Below are positions 61,860 to 64,000 of a DNA stretch of 64,000 nt, in pieces. Source of the stretch: Octopus bimaculoides. Its lineage: Eukaryota. The stretch covers positions 27,328,780 to 27,392,779 of the forward strand of contig NC_068994.1 in NCBI RefSeq assembly GCF_001194135.2, in the 5' to 3' direction. Numbering within the stretch: position 1 is the stretch's first letter; each line of letters starts with the position of its first letter. The translations under genes were made by a program, and so were the position numbers. The notes below the pieces were generated by a model that was not told where the DNA came from, ran no database searches, and worked only from the letters and a program-made list of their open reading frames with translations.

Positions 61860-62814
61860 TCCACATTTAGTGATTAATTCTTCTTTATCTGGCTGTCCAC
61901 ACACACACACACACACGCACACATACACACTGTTTGGATTAAAGAAGCAAGTCATTACATTACTGTTTTCATCAATGCAAGAATATTTCTTAGTATTTAC
62001 TGCTTCTTTGCATCTGCCACTCACAAAGGCTACTCTCCCTATAAACCTTCCTGTGATTCCACTGCACTTCTGTCTCCATAGTTTGTACTGCATTCACCAT
62101 ATGGAATCTCTACTTAAAACTTTTCTACAAGTTAATCACGACTATTTTCCTAATGAGATTAGTGTCCTATTTGTTTTTCTACTTACTAAAATTTTGGCCA
62201 TTGCAAAATTAACTTAAACTTTGATTCCAGGTTTTGCTTCCGCTCTACTTTCATCAGAGTCATTTCTGCTTATAACCAAGCATGTACATCAAGCCTACTT
62301 CGTTGTGCCAACCATCTTGATTACAATCATAAATTACTCTGACGGAAGTAGCATTCTCTAGGTCATTCAATTTTTCTCTAATGATCAGTGGGCTGATTGA
62401 GTAAACCTATAATGATTACTGGAAACAGCTGTAAGTCAAATTTACTACAATAAAGAAATATGGAATGATCATTATTTATATCTTGTCTTGTATATCACTC
62501 TATGTAAAAAAACCCAATATAACTGGAACATAACCATCAATTTACAATATAGAATAGTGATGAACTATAACTTCGGATGCTGTCACAGGAAAACGCAGAG
62601 TTCTTTACTAATTTAAGCAATATTGTTAGCATTGTGTACTAACAGACAGCTTATAAAGAATTTTTCCCAGATCGATAATCCCTCACTAATGATCCTCATT
62701 ATATATATATATATATATATATATACATACATTTTCTACAAACAATATACATATATATATACATGCATACATACATACACACACACACACATAGATACAT
62801 ACATACATACATAC

Positions 62815-63540
62815 ATGATGGCCGTTCACTCGTGACTGAGGAAGACCATTGCTGACCTTCAGGAACATTGTGTACTCTAGGACTAACTTATACTTTGCGT
62901 TTTCGGCTCTGTTGGTGGATAAGGAGCCCTGCTCTTGACAGGCATACACGACTGCAAGCATTGCAGGCCAAGCTTTCCCCATTCACTATACGAACCATGC
63001 GCTTTCGCACAGCTCGCCTAAGTTCTTCATGCTGGATATGTGTTCTCTCAAAAGTGTCGATCCCCTCCTTAACCAGCTCCCTCCACCTGTGGCGATGACA
63101 GGCATTGTTCTCCCAGTCAGTGTCCTGCATATCACAAGCCTTTAATGATAATTTTTCAGGTCCAGCCAACATTGAAAATGTGTCTGAGACATCTCTGATG
63201 AAAGCGTTCAAGGTCCTTTACATGACGTTTGTAAAGAGTCCATGTCTCACATGAGTAGAGGAGCGATGTCCATACATATGCACAGTACACAGCAACTTTT
63301 GTTTGCCTTGCTATGCCATGCTGGGACCAGACACGAGACTGAAGAGCCCGGAAGGAATTAGTTGCTCTCTGCAACCTGAAAGATATTTCCTCATCCAGGG
63401 AGCAAGAATGGCTGAGTGTGCTGCCCAGGTAGACAAACTTGTCTACTACCTTCAGAATTGTTACTTCAACCAAGATAGCTGGTTTCACCTATGGATTTCC
63501 TGGTGCAGGCTGGAACATTACAACATGATGGGATGGAGGC
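62815..63540 (-). mobile_element. 5'-truncated RTE (BovB-like) LINE with a C-terminal C2H2-like finger
   Basis: VDKFVYLGSTLS...TKVAVY...LLYSCETWTLYKRHVKDLERFHQRCLRHI; CNACSRVCLSRAGLLIHQQS; (TGTA)n tail. Confidence 0.88.
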
Positions 63541-63661
63541 TTGGACATACATACATACATACATACATACATACATACATACATGCATGCATACATACAT
63601 ACATACATACATACATACATACATGCATACATACATACATACATGCATGCATATATGTGTT

Positions 63662-64000
63662 TACAAGGGAGTATCCAAAAGTAGCTGGAAATGTTCTCTT
63701 TGGGACAAGCCCATTGTAATTCCAGCTTCCGCCACTGGAATCTACTTGATGCAACCTTCAGGCATCAGTATGTTGACTGGCAGTGTCCGGTGCAGTCCTT
63801 CTGCCATGTAGAGCATTTTTGCTCTGCAGTGCTTCTCCCCTGTTCATCAATTTTTGTGATGGCTGAAACAAAGGAACAGCATGCTCCATGAAATTCTGTT
63901 TTCTGCTGGGGGAAAAACAGCAGCTGAAATAGTTGTCATGCTTCTAACAACTTACATGAACATGCTGTGTGCAAAACACAAGTTCATGAGTGGTTTTCAC
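63662..64000 (+). mobile_element. 5' end of a mariner transposon running off the window
   Basis: TACAAGGGAGTATCCAAAAG terminus; MAETKEQHA / MKFCFLLGK..AE...VHEWF. Confidence 0.75.

Noticed and set aside
62235-62265. Other CTGATGA hits (62.25 kb minus, 1404 plus, 34.41 kb minus, 30.86 kb plus)
   Set aside because: No closing stem II with GAAA and no cleavage arm.

Overview
AT-rich eukaryotic DNA dense in microsatellites and transposons, with seven N-gaps. The repeat families and composition suggest a coleoid cephalopod such as Octopus (inference). The only host coding sequence I can support is one 119-bp internal exon (4946-5064, +) whose peptide resembles the VPS10 domain of SorCS receptors, so most of the window is probably intron. 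The rest is mostly decayed mobile DNA: two Helitrons (one carrying TTAGGG repeats), several RTE LINE pieces with a hairpin minisatellite in the 3' UTR, three R4/Dong-like LINEs, a CRE-like nuclease remnant, mariner/Tc1 and hAT elements, a Ty3/Gypsy relic and many tRNA-derived SINEs. The most unusual signal is a cluster of five hammerhead-ribozyme motifs between 34.5 and 50.2 kb. Three of them sit in long inverted repeats and one follows an uninterrupted Penelope-type GIY-YIG ORF. There are also several short local templated duplications and a highly structured GC-rich island at 28.1-28.4 kb. All family calls come from motif recognition by eye, with no database search. TE boundaries are approximate unless termini are quoted.
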